A stretch of DNA of 64,000 nt from Emiliania huxleyi CCMP1516 (Eukaryota): positions 186,001 through 250,000 of the forward strand of contig NW_005201102.1 in the NCBI RefSeq assembly GCF_000372725.1. Reading direction: 5' to 3'. The position numbers and the translations under genes were made by a program. This document shows, piece after piece, positions 12,001 to 24,150 of the stretch. The notes beneath the pieces are model-generated. The model saw nothing but the letters and a program-made list of their open reading frames with translations. It was not told the origin of the DNA and made no database searches. How positions within the stretch are numbered: position 1 is the stretch's first letter; each line of letters starts with the position of its first letter.

Positions 12001-15000
12001 CTCTTCACACCTCCTGCTGTGAACAGGCGAGCCGGACGTCTTCCTCTGCGACGCGGCCGGCTGCGGGCGGGCGGTGTGTGAGCGGTGCATCCGCTCCAAC
12101 TTGGGAGGCGAGGCGGCCGACGCAGTGCGCGAGGCGGAGCCGTGGCTGTGCTATGTTTGCGAGCCGGCGCCGCTCGCCCGTCTCGCCAAGCGATGCGCCG
12201 CGCTCGTCGCGCGGCGCAACAAGATCTCGCTCAAGCGCAGCCGCCGCGAGGCTCGCTGGCATGCGGCGGCCCCCGCCGGTCGCGGCGTGTCCGACCTCCC
12301 CTCCCGCGCCTTCACCTCCTCCCAAGACCTCGACGACGTCGACGACGCCGCCGCCGGGGGCGCCGCCCTGCCTGCGGGCGACGGCCGAACGGGCGGCGAC
12401 AGCCGAACGGGCGGCGGCGGCGGCGGCGCGCGCGCAAAGTCCGCCGCGGAGCTGGCACACGAGGCGCAGGAGGCGACGGCGGCGGCGATCGCCGCCGCCG
12501 CGGCGGAGGAGGAGGAGGAAGACGCGCGGGCGCGCGTCATCACGCTGTGGGCGGCTCGTGGCGAGGCCGGCGCGGTGACGGTGCTGCCGCGGCTGGCGCG
12601 GCAGCTCAAGCCGCACCAGGAGGAGGGCGTCCACTTCTTGTGGGGGGCGTGCTTCGGCTCCAAGCGGGCTGACAATGCGAAGCGGCGCGAGCACGGGTGC
12701 GTCCTCGCGCACTCGATGGGGCTCGGCGAGACGTTTGTTTGCCTCCTCCCCGCCCCGCCCCCCCCCCCCCCCTCTTCACACCTCTCCGCTGTGAACAGGC
12801 AAGACGCTCACCGTGATCTCCTTCCTCCACACCGCCCTCACGCGCGCTCGCACGGTCGAGGGGCGCTTCTACGCGCAGATGGGGCGCAACGCGGCGGTGG
12901 CCTAGTGCCCGCCGACGGCGGTCCTTTAGTGAGCAGCGTCTCTTCACACGTCTAGCCGTGAACAGGTGGCCGACGGACCGCCGACGGCGCTGGTGCTCGT
13001 GCCCAAGAGCGTCGCCACGCAGTGGGAGAGCGAGTTCGGCAAGTGGCTGCTCGACCAGTGCGGCAACCAGGCCGCGAGCAACCCGAGGAACCTCCGCTGG
13101 CAAAAGTTCCCCGACGCGGGCGCGCTCAAGCGGTCTCACTCGGGAGACGGGCGCGGCGGCGGGCTCGAGCAGCAGCGGCTGCAGGCGCTGCGCCGCTGGC
13201 GGAGGGAGGGCGGCGTGATGGTGATGGTGCACGACACGTACCGCTCCGTCCTCTCTTCCGCAAAGAACGACGGCGCGGAGCGGCAGGCGCGGGCGGCCGC
13301 CCAGACGGCCGCTGCCGCCGGCAGCGCCTCCGAAGCGTATGGCGGCACGAACGGTGAGGCCGTGGCGGCCTTCAACGCGGCGGTGGCGGCGGCGCAGGCC
13401 GCGCGCGCCGCAGCGGACGCAGCGGGGCAGGAGAGGGAGCGAGAGCTGGCGGAGTACCGGCGGCTGCTGCAGGACCCCGGTCCGGACGTCCTCGTGATCG
13501 ACGAGGCGCACGTGATCAAGAATGAGAAGAACCAGCTGCGCGCGGTCCTCGCCGGCGTGCGCACGATGCGGCGCGTGTTGCTGACGGGGACGCCGCTCCA
13601 AAACAACTTGCGCGAGTACTTCCACATGGTGGACTACGCGTCGCCAGGTTCCCTCCTCTCCTCTTCTCTTCTCTTCTCTTCTCTTCTCACATGGTGGACT
13701 ACGCGTCGCCAGGCGAGCTCGGCGACCTCGACACCTTCAAGAGGCTGTACGAGAGCACCATCACCGACGGCCAGTTCCGGTACGGCGAGGACGACGACGA
13801 GTCGCGCTCGCAAAGGGCAAAGACGCGGCGCGAGGTGTGTCCGAGCCACTTCCGGCACACTTCCGGCACACCTGCCGGACACTCCCTAGGCAAAGAAGCG
13901 GCGCAAGGACATGTCCAAGCGTATCTGGGCCCTCACGCGCAAGCTCGACAAGCTGGTGCAGCGGCGGGGCGTCGAGGTGCTGCAGCGCGACCTGCCGCGC
14001 TCGCAGCAGTACGTGATGGTCCTGCGGCCGACGCCGACGCAGCGCGCGCTCTACAACGCCAAGGTCGAGTCGATGGCCGGGCGGCAGCAGCTCTTCGAGT
14101 TCATGACCGACATGCTCCGCATCTACAACCACCCCGCGGCCCTCCTCGACCCAAAGACGCTCGCCCCGAACGCCAAGCTCGTCGCGAAGGCCGCCGCCGC
14201 CGCCAGCATCGACGCCGCCGCCGCCGCCGCCGCCGCCGGGGCCGCCGCCGGGGGCGCGCCGTCCCCGCACTTCCCGCCGGCCGCGCCGGCCGGCGGCGCG
14301 GGGGTGGGGGTGACGTGGCTCGAGCGGGCGTGGCCCGCCTCGCGGCGCGGCAACCCTGCGGCTGCCTTTGGCCCGGAGGTGTCGTCGAAGGTCGCGGTGG
14401 CGCTGGCGCTGCTGCAGCAGGCGGCGCGCGCGGGCGAGCGCATCTTGCTCTTCTCGCAGTCGCTCGAGTCCCTCGACGCGCTGCAAGTGGCGCTCCGCTA
14501 CGCGCCCTCGCCCCGCCGCGCGCGCGCGGCCAAGGCTTTCTCGCCGGGCGGCCCGCCGCCGCCGCCCTCGCCGGGCGACGGCGGCGAGGGCGGCGTGGGG
14601 TGGCAGCCGGGCCTCGACTACCTGCGCCTCGACGGCAAGACGTCGGGGGACGAGCGCGACGGGATGGTCAGGCTGTGAACGGCGTCTCTTCACACCTCAC
14701 GCTGTGAGCAGGTCGGGGGACGAGCGCGACCAGATGGTCAAGCAGTTCAACGCGCGCGACTCTGCGATCCGGCTCTTCCTCATCTCGACCAAGGCGGGCG
14801 GCCTCGGCCTCAACCTCGCCTCTGCCTCGCGCGTGATCCTCTTCGACGCCTCTTGGAACCCGTCGTCGGACGTGCAGGCCGTCTTCCGCGACACTTCCTA
14901 GGCACTCCCTAGACACTTCCTAGACGCCTCTTGGAACCCGTCGTCGGACGTGCAGGCCGTCTTCCGCGCCTACCGCTACGGCCAGCGGCGGACGGTCTAC

Positions 15001-16434
15001 GTGTACCGCCTCATCGCGCAGGGCTTCGAGGAGTGCCTGTACCGGCAGCAGGTGGTCGAGCTGCAGCTCGCAGGACAGACACGCCGACGGCACGTCGCTG
15101 ACACGTCCCTCACGCGTGTGTCCCCCTCCCCCCCTCCCCCCCCACGTCCCGTAGGTGGTCAAGCTGCAGCTCGCCGGCCACATCATCGACGACACGCACG
15201 CGGAGGCGATGTACACCGAGGAGGAGCTCAAGGCGTACTACGCGCCGCTCCCCGCCGTCGACGCGGTTGCCGGCGCGTCCGACGCCTCGCGCCCCGGTGC
15301 CTCCCCCCCCCCCCNNNNNNNNNNNNNNNNNNNNNNNNNNNNNNNNNNNNNNNNNNNNNNNNNNNNNNNNNNNNNNNNNNNNNNNNNNNNNNNNNNNNNN
15401 NNNNNNNNNNNNNNAGAAGGCCCCGGGAGAAACAAAGATAGGGGACGGGCATGAACAATGGTAAATGCAATGGGGCAAAGAGGCTGCTGGAACTATAGTC
15501 GAACAAGACAATTCAGGTTTTGAAAAGAGGTTTCATGTAAAGAAACCTTATGTGCCATCTCTGCCAGCCCGCCTCTCCCTCCTCCCACCCCCTTCCGACC
15601 CGACCGCCTGCCTCACGCCGCGCCGTGCCGCCAGGCGCCGACCTCGCGACCGAGTCGTGGCTGCCCGCGCTCGCGCAGAGCGGCCAGGTCGGCCCGCTCC
15701 TCGCGTCCGTCGAAGACCACGACGCGCTGCGGCTCGGCGAGGCAGAGGAGCTGCTCACCGTCCGCGAGATGGAGGACGCCGCCAACGAGCTGCTCGAGGC
15801 GAGCCTCGACCAGCCGCGCGACCTCTACTTCTCGGACCTTTCCTAGACCTTTCCTGGAAGCTTCCTGCAGGCGAGCCTCGACCAGCCGCGCGACCTCACC
15901 TTTTGCGACAAGTGCAACGCGCAGCTGCACAAGCTCTCGTACAAGCAGTTTGGCTACCGCTGCGGCCAGTGCGGCCACGACGGCCTCGTGCCGCCGGCGC
16001 CGCCCGTGGTGACGCGCAACGACCCGACCACCAAACTGGCCGTCGAGCCGCGTTCGATCACCTGGAAGCTGCACGGCGAGTCGGGCGACAAGAGCGCGAT
16101 CAATACCACCGTGCTCGCCACGGGCGGCGCCTACCACGTGCAGTGGCGCGTCGCGCCCGTCGACGAGGAGGGCAATGCGCTGCAGCTCGGCGAGAACGAG
16201 GGGTGGACCGACGCCAAGAAGCCCATCAGCGGCGGGCGGCTGATCGCCAAGAAGCAGATCGACCACACGGTCGCCTACCAGGCCCGCGTGCGCGCGCGCA
16301 TGAGCGCCTGCTCGTGCTCGCTCTCGAGCACCCCGCTCGCGTTCGTCACCGAGTGCCGGTGCCCTTGGACGCCGTGGTCGCCTCCGTCCGTCAAGGCGAC
16401 GCCAACCGCGCCCGACGAGGAGCCGGCGGCGTGA
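9002..16434 (+). CDS. ATRX-like SNF2 chromatin remodeller: N-terminal SH3/KOW-like module, ADD zinc finger, SNF2 ATPase and HELICc, C-terminal Zn-ribbon and FN3-like domain; about 13 introns; spans an assembly gap
   Basis: ADD: CSVC...HPQLGVPLCHYC...CVWC...VFLCD...CGRAVCERCIRSNLG...WLCYVC. Helicase motifs after splicing: LKPHQEEGV, LAHSMGLG/KTL, VIDEAHVIKN, LLTGTPLQNNLREYF, LLFSQSL, YLRLDGKT, FLISTKAGGLGLNL, FDASWNPSSDVQAVFRAYRYGQ. Predicted introns: 9758-10049, 10150-10450, 10777-10898, 11959-12026, 12726-12798, 12897-12965, 13648-13712, 13817-13889, 14642-14711, 14878-14955, 15052-15154, ~15297-15634, 15799-15870. Confidence 0.9.
15315..15414. other. Assembly gap (100 N)
   Basis: Run of n characters after a poly-C tract. 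Confidence 1.
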
Positions 16435-18241
16435 TTGCGGCGGGCCCTCTTCTTCCTCTCCGCTTTTCTCCGTCGGCACACATCCTTGAAGCTGCACACG
16501 GCGCGAGACGTCGTGACCTCTGGCGGCGCGCCTCTGCGGGGGGCGTACACGGGCGTCCTTTTTCAGCTGCCCTCGCTGCGCCGCGACGCGCCATCGAGGC
16601 GCGCCACAGTACGCATTTGTTTCGTACGTTGATACATGCGCGACCGCGCGAGAGCGGCCGCTCCAACCGCGCAAAAAACGACCACGCCGCACGCGCCTCG
16701 CCTACTCTCGCGCCTGTGGCTGTGCTACCTAGAGAGGCTCTGGACGCGTACGCTACGGGAGGGTGAGGACTGAGTTCAGAGTTGACCCAAGCAAGGGGTT
16801 GTGCGCCGGGGCGGGCCCTCCTGCTCGGCTCCAGCCAGTAGACCAGTGTTGTCATCAACAGAGTAGACGGATCTGACCTCGGGGCCGATGTGACCAAGCG
16901 CTGGTAGCGTGGTTTTACCTGACACCCATGGTCTCACAGTGTGCCGGCGACTAGCAAGGTCAGGTAGGTCCAGCCGACCAGCCCTGGGTGAGCCGGGTTG
17001 TGACATTTGGCGATTCCGCGGCTTACTGGGTCCCTGAGCCGCTCCCCGTGTCTTGTGGCCCAGGCATGGTACTCTGATAGTAAACGGGTCAGAACCGGCC
17101 AAACACAGGCTACAGCCCCACACACGCGCCCGCCATAGCTCCTGGAGAGCATGCGCGAGTGACGCGCTACAAGCCGCGAGAGTGGCATCAGAGGCAGGAA
17201 CGACGTGCTCTTGCTGCACCTCGCAGCTGCACCAAGTGTGCTCGCAGTGTATGCCTGTGCGTAGCCGCGGGCAGGTGGCAGTGCACAGCCGCACACCGGC
17301 TGTGGCGGCTCGAATGCCCCCGGCAGCAATGCTGGTCATTAACTTGCGTATTGGGGCCGCAGCAGACTGCTGCTGTGGCAACAGCAGCAGCCTGCTGCTG
17401 CCTGATTCAGTCAAGCCAGCGGTGCAGCGAGGCGTGCAGAATTCGCGCGGTTTGGTACATCCTGAGGCTAAGCGCGTTCAGAACCGGTGACCGGAGTTGG
17501 ATGGTACCACGCGTCTCACTGAGCGTGAGGTGGCGAGCGGAGAGATGTACCGCAAGACGAGAAAAACACGGATCTGACGCGATGTCATCGGGCATCTGCC
17601 TCTGCCCCCTCGCCGCATCGACGAGCGCGCTCGTGTCAGCTCGCCGCTGCTCCTAGTGCCGCTGCTTGGCCGCCGCGCTCGCACTCGCTCCGCTCAATGA
17701 CATCGTGAGGCTGCAACGGTCTGCGAGCTCAGCCCGTCGCTGAAGGCCACAAACGGACACTCTACCGACCTTTACATCCCTAGACATTTAACCCCGACTA
17801 GCATACGGTGTCGGCCCGACCGCCCTGCGGCCCCAGCTACCAGCTGGCGCCGCTCGGCCCGGCTCGAGGCGCCTGGGGCGCCTAAAATCGCGGAGCCGGC
17901 GACGTCCTCTGGCCAGCAGCCGGATCGGGCGTCCGACCCGCCCGCCCCTCGGCGACCCGAGATGGTCCTCCCCGACCCCCGAGGCTTGGCGCACCGCGGG
18001 AGGGGGGCAGCGACCTTGCACTCAACACTGAGGCCGGCAATGAGACTGAGACCACAAATGTGTGAAGGGGAAGGGAGGCGTTCATGTGCCGAAGATTGCC
18101 GACCCGGCTGTTAGCCAGAGTCAGGCCCACACCGATACCTCGTCCGTCGTCTGCTCCCCCTCGGCTTCACCCTCTACAATAGGAAAGCACGCCGTCCGTG
18201 CTCCACGTCAAAACTGCGTCAAAACTGGCGTCATTCTCCGG

Positions 18242-19664
18242 CTACCCGCGCGAGATGTGATCGGCGCCAGGGCCAGGAGGTTTGCGCGTTCGCGTTTGCC
18301 TTGGCGGCGTGCGGCCGAGTAGTCTGGACAAGCCCGCCAAGTCGACGTGCATCCCATCGCGGCTCCTTATCCCGTGGTGAATGGACGGGTCGCGCGCGTC
18401 AAGGAGCACCTCGTGTCTCACGTCACTGTCGCGCAGACTGGAGTGAAAACTGGTGCCGTCCTCATTCTCCGCATTGAATCGGTTTGGAGTCACCTGTGAG
18501 CATACCGCCACATAATGGCTGGGTGTCTACGTACGATCGTGACTAGACAGCTATCAACGATGCCTCCACGAGGAGGCTTCCTCGCGGCGCAAAGAGTGCA
18601 CTCGCCCACTGCTGTCCGTGAGGGGATACGAACAGGCTGGCGCCCGTCCACATCTTAAGCTGCTCACACGGGCTCTTGTCCGACTGGGCGTACAAGGACG
18701 GGGTCGGTGTCACGCAGGGTGGCGTGCGGGAGCGAGGGCGCGCGAGAGTGACAGGTATAGTACAGGGGGAGAGAAATGGGGGGCAGGGCAGAGGCATCAG
18801 GCAACGGGGGCGGGATACTCCATTCCTCGCCTCGCTGGTGGTGGTCCGATTCTCGAGGCGCCACCCGAGGGTGTTGAAGAACCGCGAGAGTGTGAGCTCG
18901 CTGGTCGGGTCCAGGTTTCCTCTCGCCGATCCGCCGCGCCTGATGAGAGCGGCCACGCGTGGCACGAGCGCAGCTTGCTCCGACACGTTGCACAAAACGT
19001 AGGCTGATCGGCGAAACGCCCGGTGAGCGGCCTGCGCAATCGCGCGGGCTTCTAAAGACCCACCATCCACACCTCCAAAGAAGGTGCGGCCGGGTTCGAC
19101 GGTCAGCACATCCACGCAGCAGCGGTGGGGCCGCTCGAGCTGATGAAACAGGTCGATGTTGCCGCAAGTTCGCACCTCGCCCGACTCGTCGATGGCAGAG
19201 TGCGGGAGCGCCGCAGTAAGGAAGGTGCGGCTCCATCCGAGCAGGCGTAGGTTGCGAAGCACGATCCGCTCCGGTGCCCCTCCCATACGAAAGCTGCTGG
19301 CGAACGCATATGTGATCAGCTCCTCTTGGTGTCCAATGTGTTGCTGATACCACGGTGCGAGCCTGCCGTTTTGGCGGCAGTCGTGGTACTCCGGGTGGCA
19401 GTCGCCAATCACCAGGCAGAGATTCGGCTGTACAGGCAGGTGTGTGTGGTGCCTCCTCTCAGAAGAGGTGCTGTGAGTGAGTTGGGGTAACGGTGTTCGT
19501 GTTTGATTGCTAGGCGTTGGCATGTGAGTGCGACTCCTGCTCGCACAGCGGTATCGCTTCAGCCAGGCTCGAGAGTGCCCTTCTGTGTTCGCGCACTCGG
19601 GGCGCGGCTGCAGCGCCGCGCCCGCCAGCAGCAGTTGCAAGTAGCAGATGCGACAGGCCACCAT
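18242..19664 (-). CDS. Putative glycosyltransferase family 61 (DUF563)-like protein, multi-exon
   Basis: Hydrophobic N-terminus (MVACRICYLQLLLAGAA). C-terminal EQLKMWTGASLFVSPHGQQWASALFAPRGSLLVE resembles the GT61 HGAxxxNxxF...GxxxxE motif. Last exon from ORF 18242-18511. Confidence 0.6.
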
Positions 19665-19729
19665 CGGTGTTTTTGGCTTCGCCACCGTGTTGGCGCGAGT
19701 CAGTGGCAACAGACCCGTGTGAGTGAGTG

Positions 19730-19746
19730 ACACAGACACAGACACA

Positions 19747-19840
<94 letters not shown>
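19730..19840. repeat. (CA)n microsatellite
   Basis: Long acacac run. Confidence 0.98.
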
Positions 19841-19841
<1 letters not shown>

Positions 19842-19874
19842 CAGACCCCCTGTTCAGGTAGGAGGCGGAACCCA

Positions 19875-20113
19875 AAAAAGAAAGAAAAAACCGACAACCC
19901 AAGGGAGGGATGAGGACGGCACGCCGCCACCACACAGGGATTTTAAGGAGAGGGGTGTGATGCGCTAGCCGTCGCCCACCCTTGGGCGTCCGCCTCTTCC
20001 TATCTCTCTTCGCAGTCTCTCGCAGATTCTCGCTGCGACCTTCATGCCACCTCGCGGTCGCCCCCTTCTCGTCGTTCTTTCCCTTGTCTCTTCTTCTTCT
20101 GTCGCGTCGCTCT
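19875..20113 (+). repeat. Dispersed intergenic repeat R1, long copy between divergent genes
   Basis: Colinear with 48744-48995 from AAGAAA...ACAACCCAAGGGAGGGATG to TCTGTCGCGTCG. Confidence 0.85.
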
Positions 20114-20185
20114 CCTCTGCTTCGTTCTGCGGAACCCAGAGGTGGCATCCATGGTTTCCTCTTCATTTTACCATTCAAGGCGCAA

Positions 20186-22233
20186 ATGGCGCGCCGAATG
20201 TTGGTCCTACTGCCGGTGATAGCGGCGGCGGTGGCCACTCCCGAGGGCAGCCGCTCCCGCTCGCCCGCGACCCTGCCGGTGATAGCGGCGGCGGTGGCCA
20301 CTCCCGAGGGCAGCCGCTCCCGCTCGCCCGCGACCAAGGCGGCGGTGGAGAGCACCCAGGCGGTGTACGACAGCGCTGCAAAAGACAAGGAGGCCACCGA
20401 CACCGAGCTCGTCAGTGCGCTCTCGGATGCCATCGCTGCGGACCTCTCGGCTGCCAACTCGAAGGCGGCTGCGACCCTCTCGTCGGCGGCGGCTGACTGG
20501 ACACCGGATGACCCATCTCCGTCGCCGCCGCCTTGGTACACGTCGTACCCCAAGGCTGATGCTGCCTTTGCCCCGCCCGCCGAGAAGGAGGAGGCTGTCG
20601 CGGGCGAGGGCGCCAAGGCGCGCGGCGGCTGGATGCCGTTCGCGCAGCAGGGCGCCGCCACGGGCGGTGGCTTTGCCGCGCAAGGCACCGACACCGCCTG
20701 GCGCTTCTTCACGGACCCGAACTTCGACTTCCAAAAGGAGGGGCAGGCGTACCAGGCGTCGGGCGCGGCCACGGGCAACGCGTTCGGCGGCCTCTCGCAG
20801 GGCATGATGCCAACCGCGCCGGCGGCGGCGGCGCCGGCGGCGGCGGCGCCGGCAGAGAAGGCGTCTCGCTCGGTGTCTTCCGCCACGAGCGCCGCTGCGG
20901 CGGCGAGCGCGGCAGACGCGGCTGACAGCAGTGCCGAGAGAGCGAACGCGGAGCTCGCGGAGGCGGCAAGCAACGCCGCAAACGCAAACTCGCTGGCGGT
21001 CACGACACGCCTGGCGGCCAACTTTGCGTGGGCGGCCGACGACGGCTCCATCGACGGCACCGCCGCCGCCTCCGCCAAGACATCCTCCGCCGCCGACAAG
21101 GCTGGCGAGCGGCCGGCAAAGTACCCCTACCAAACCCGGTCCCCAAATCCAAGGAGTAAAATAGGCCGGCGAGCGCGCCGCCGCCGCCAACGAGCGGCTG
21201 GCGGCGGCGATGGACAATGCGGCGAATGCGAACGGTGTGGCGACGCAGCGGCTCGCCTAATCAATCAATCAATCAATCAGTTCATTGATTCATTGATTAA
21301 GGTGTGATGGTGACGCAGCGGCTCGCCGCCAACACGGCGTTGAGCCGCTGACTGCCTTCACGCCTTACGACCCCTCCCCCCCTCTCCTTTCAGGTGGGCG
21401 GGGGGCTCTTGCCTTCGGCTGAGCCGGAGGCGGCGGAGCTGCGTGTCGACGTGACCGACGGCCGCCTTCTCCTAGATGCGGAGCACGGGCCACATCTCCC
21501 CACATCTCCCCAGATCTCCCCAGATCTCCCCAGATCTCCCCAGATCTCGAGGCCTAGATGAGGCTTCCAGATCGTCGTGCTCCAACTCGCACTCGAGAGG
21601 ACACACCTCCCCATATCTCCCCATATCTCCCCATATCTCCCCCATATCTAGCACTCGAGAGGAGACATACGCTACGTCCCACGTCCTCCGCCGCACTGCA
21701 CTGTCTTCACACCACTCGCAGCCCGCGTCTCCCCGCGGCGCTCCGAGCACTTGGCACGAGGAGAGCGTGCTCGCGCCCCGAGGGCCGGCGTGTCCTCGTT
21801 AGGCCGCGCCTACTCCAAGGCAGACTTTGTCTCCTTCTACGGCGGGACGGCCGAGTGGGAGAGAAGCCCCGTCTACCACCCCCCCGCGGGGCCGGGCGGC
21901 GCCGCCCCCTCCGAGCACCACAAGTCGGCAACCGAGGCAAAGGCGGAGGCGCTGCTCCACTCAAAGACGGGACAAAAGATGCAGGCGGCTGCCGCTGACT
22001 GGGGCCTGCCCGCCAGCTCCGAGGACGCGGCAGAGCTCGACAAGCAGGCCGCCTCCTTCCTCGGCTCGTTTGTGACCGCCGCGCCCGCCTCCGCCTCGCG
22101 GCCCCCGCGGCGCGGAGTGCCGGCGCTGGCTGTCGCCGGAGCCGCCGGCCTCGCGGCCGCCGCTCTCGCCGCGGCGTGGAAGGTGTCGGCGCGACGCCCA
22201 GCTGCGAGTCCGGCCGGCCCGTCGCTCGTCTGA
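20186..22233 (+). CDS. Hypothetical Ala-rich secreted or single-pass membrane protein, multi-exon
   Basis: Signal-peptide-like MARRMLVLLPVIAAAVA; C-terminal hydrophobic ALAVAGAAGLAAAALAAAW. Predicted introns include 21101-21164 and 21461-21802; the latter restores the motif ELRVDVTDG/RAYSKADFVSFYGGTAEWE. Confidence 0.55.
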
Positions 22234-23869
22234 GCGGCTCCCTCGACCCCCCGGGGCGGGCCTGGTTGTCAGGCCAGGCAGGTGTGCCAGGATGCCGGAG
22301 GGCGGATCGCATACGGAAGGCGTGCATGCCAAAACCCCAGCGCTCGTGCGTCAACCACATGCAACATGCACATGCACATGAGATGTGCATGTCTCGCCAC
22401 TCTGGTCCTGTGCTGTTGTGTCGGGGAAATCCATGCTTGTGTAGAGTAGAAGTCGGGTGCGTGCCTCTCGCTCCACAGCGCTTACTTACGCGTTACGGCT
22501 CGTAAACTTGCGATGTGTCGTGCTTTAGCGAGCGAAGTGGGTGAGACTGATGATGCTCATTCGCCTTACATAGGGAGCGTTCAGCTGCACTGGGCGGGCT
22601 TCACAGGCATCAGGGTGGTGCTAACGGTACGGTGTAAGTCGGTAAGGTACGCGAAAGGAATCGACGCGATGTGCAACCGGCGCAGGGCGAGACGAGGGAG
22701 GGAGCAGCGAGGACTTTGCGGAGATCAGCAGGAGGATGTACGAAGAGAGAGATTAGGAGCAGCAGGGACCCGAGGGACCATGTGGAAGACGGCTAGTGCT
22801 AGTGCCTAGTCCGACACCCCCATCGGGAGGACGACCCCGGCTAGTCGCCGACCACTGAGACACCCACAAAGAACCCTCGCCTGCACAAAGATCGCACGGG
22901 TGGGGACCTGTTCCTTTTTACCCCTCTCACAGAGAGTGCGCTTCTTGGGGCACTTGGAGTGCGGTTGGTAACCGCACGCCCAGGGCCCCGGAGGGCCGGC
23001 GGGCCCGCGGGCCGGGGAGCTAAGAAGCGCACCCAGCGGGCCGGATGGTCGGGATTGCGGGCTAGAGAGCCCTAGCCCTGGGGGAGTGCGCGGCGGCAGG
23101 GCCATAACACGGGTCTTCGAGGGATACTCCGCGCTTTGGGTGTCCCCAGCGGCGGAGCGTCTTTATTATTTTATTCGTTATGCTCTGCAGCTGGCTTTCG
23201 GTGGAAGAGAGATGGCAGATGCCGTGCGCTCCCTCAAAGCTCAATCACGGGACGACAGACTTTGAGCTCTGGGAAGACACACCCGGCCAACGACCATGAC
23301 ACCGTAAAGCGTAATGCACACAACACTGTCAACAGCAGGGGCAGAGCTCAACTTAACTGTGAACGTTGAAGGCACATGGCACAATTAAGATGCGGTGGGC
23401 TCCGCACTGACTCTCATGACTTGCTACTTCACACTGTGCGTAGTCAGAATGTCTCTCTCGCGCAGATTACGCTAGGTCTCAGACTTCCTAAGTCATACGG
23501 ACCCGAGACTAACGCAAACCAGGCAGAGAGCAAGCCCCCTGCAAATCGCAAGCCCACAGTGGCGCTCTAGCCGTTGCGGCCTCTCCGAGCTGCGCAGACA
23601 CCTCAGCGTCCCCTCAGCGGCACCCTCACCACCATACTTGATGTGCCTCGCCCAATCTTTTGCTTCACCGCCCGCGCCTCCTCCTGCGGCCCGGCGCGCT
23701 TGAACGATGGCGACCGCGGAGTGTTCTCATCCGGGGGGGGTGTCATACACAACAAAACACGGGGCTTGCTACAACAACAAAGACGCCGTTCACTAGTGGG
23801 GTGTCATCGCGGTGGTTCGTTCAAAAGCGATCGCTGGCCCCCGCGACATCCGCCGCCTTTGAGATCACG

Positions 23870-24150
23870 ATGGCGTACAAGGCGCCCGCCTCCGCCCCCA
23901 CTCGAGTCCTCACTCTGCTCGCGGAGCGTCGGGCGGCGCGCGCAAGCGATCATCCCGCCGCTTCATCCCGCACCGCAGGAGGGAGAGTGGACCGTCGGCC
24001 CGTGGGACTGCTGCAGCGACCCGAGCGCGGGCTGCCTCGTGCGTGTGCTGCTGCGCGCCCTGCGCCGTCGGCCAGGTCAAGGAGATGGTCACGACGGGGA
24101 ACGCGTCGCCCTCGTTCACCGGAGACATGACGACGTGCGCCTGTATGGTG
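23870..24150 (+). pseudogene. PLAC8-family Cys-rich protein remnant (frameshifted, 3' truncated)
   Basis: GEWTVGPWDCCSDPSAGC continues in another frame as CVCCCAPCAVGQ. This matches the PLAC8 start (W..G..DC.....C....CPC...GQ). Confidence 0.55.

Noticed and set aside
16776..17700. ORFs of 130-212 aa on both strands downstream of the SNF2 gene
   Set aside because: No recognisable motif or consistent exon structure.
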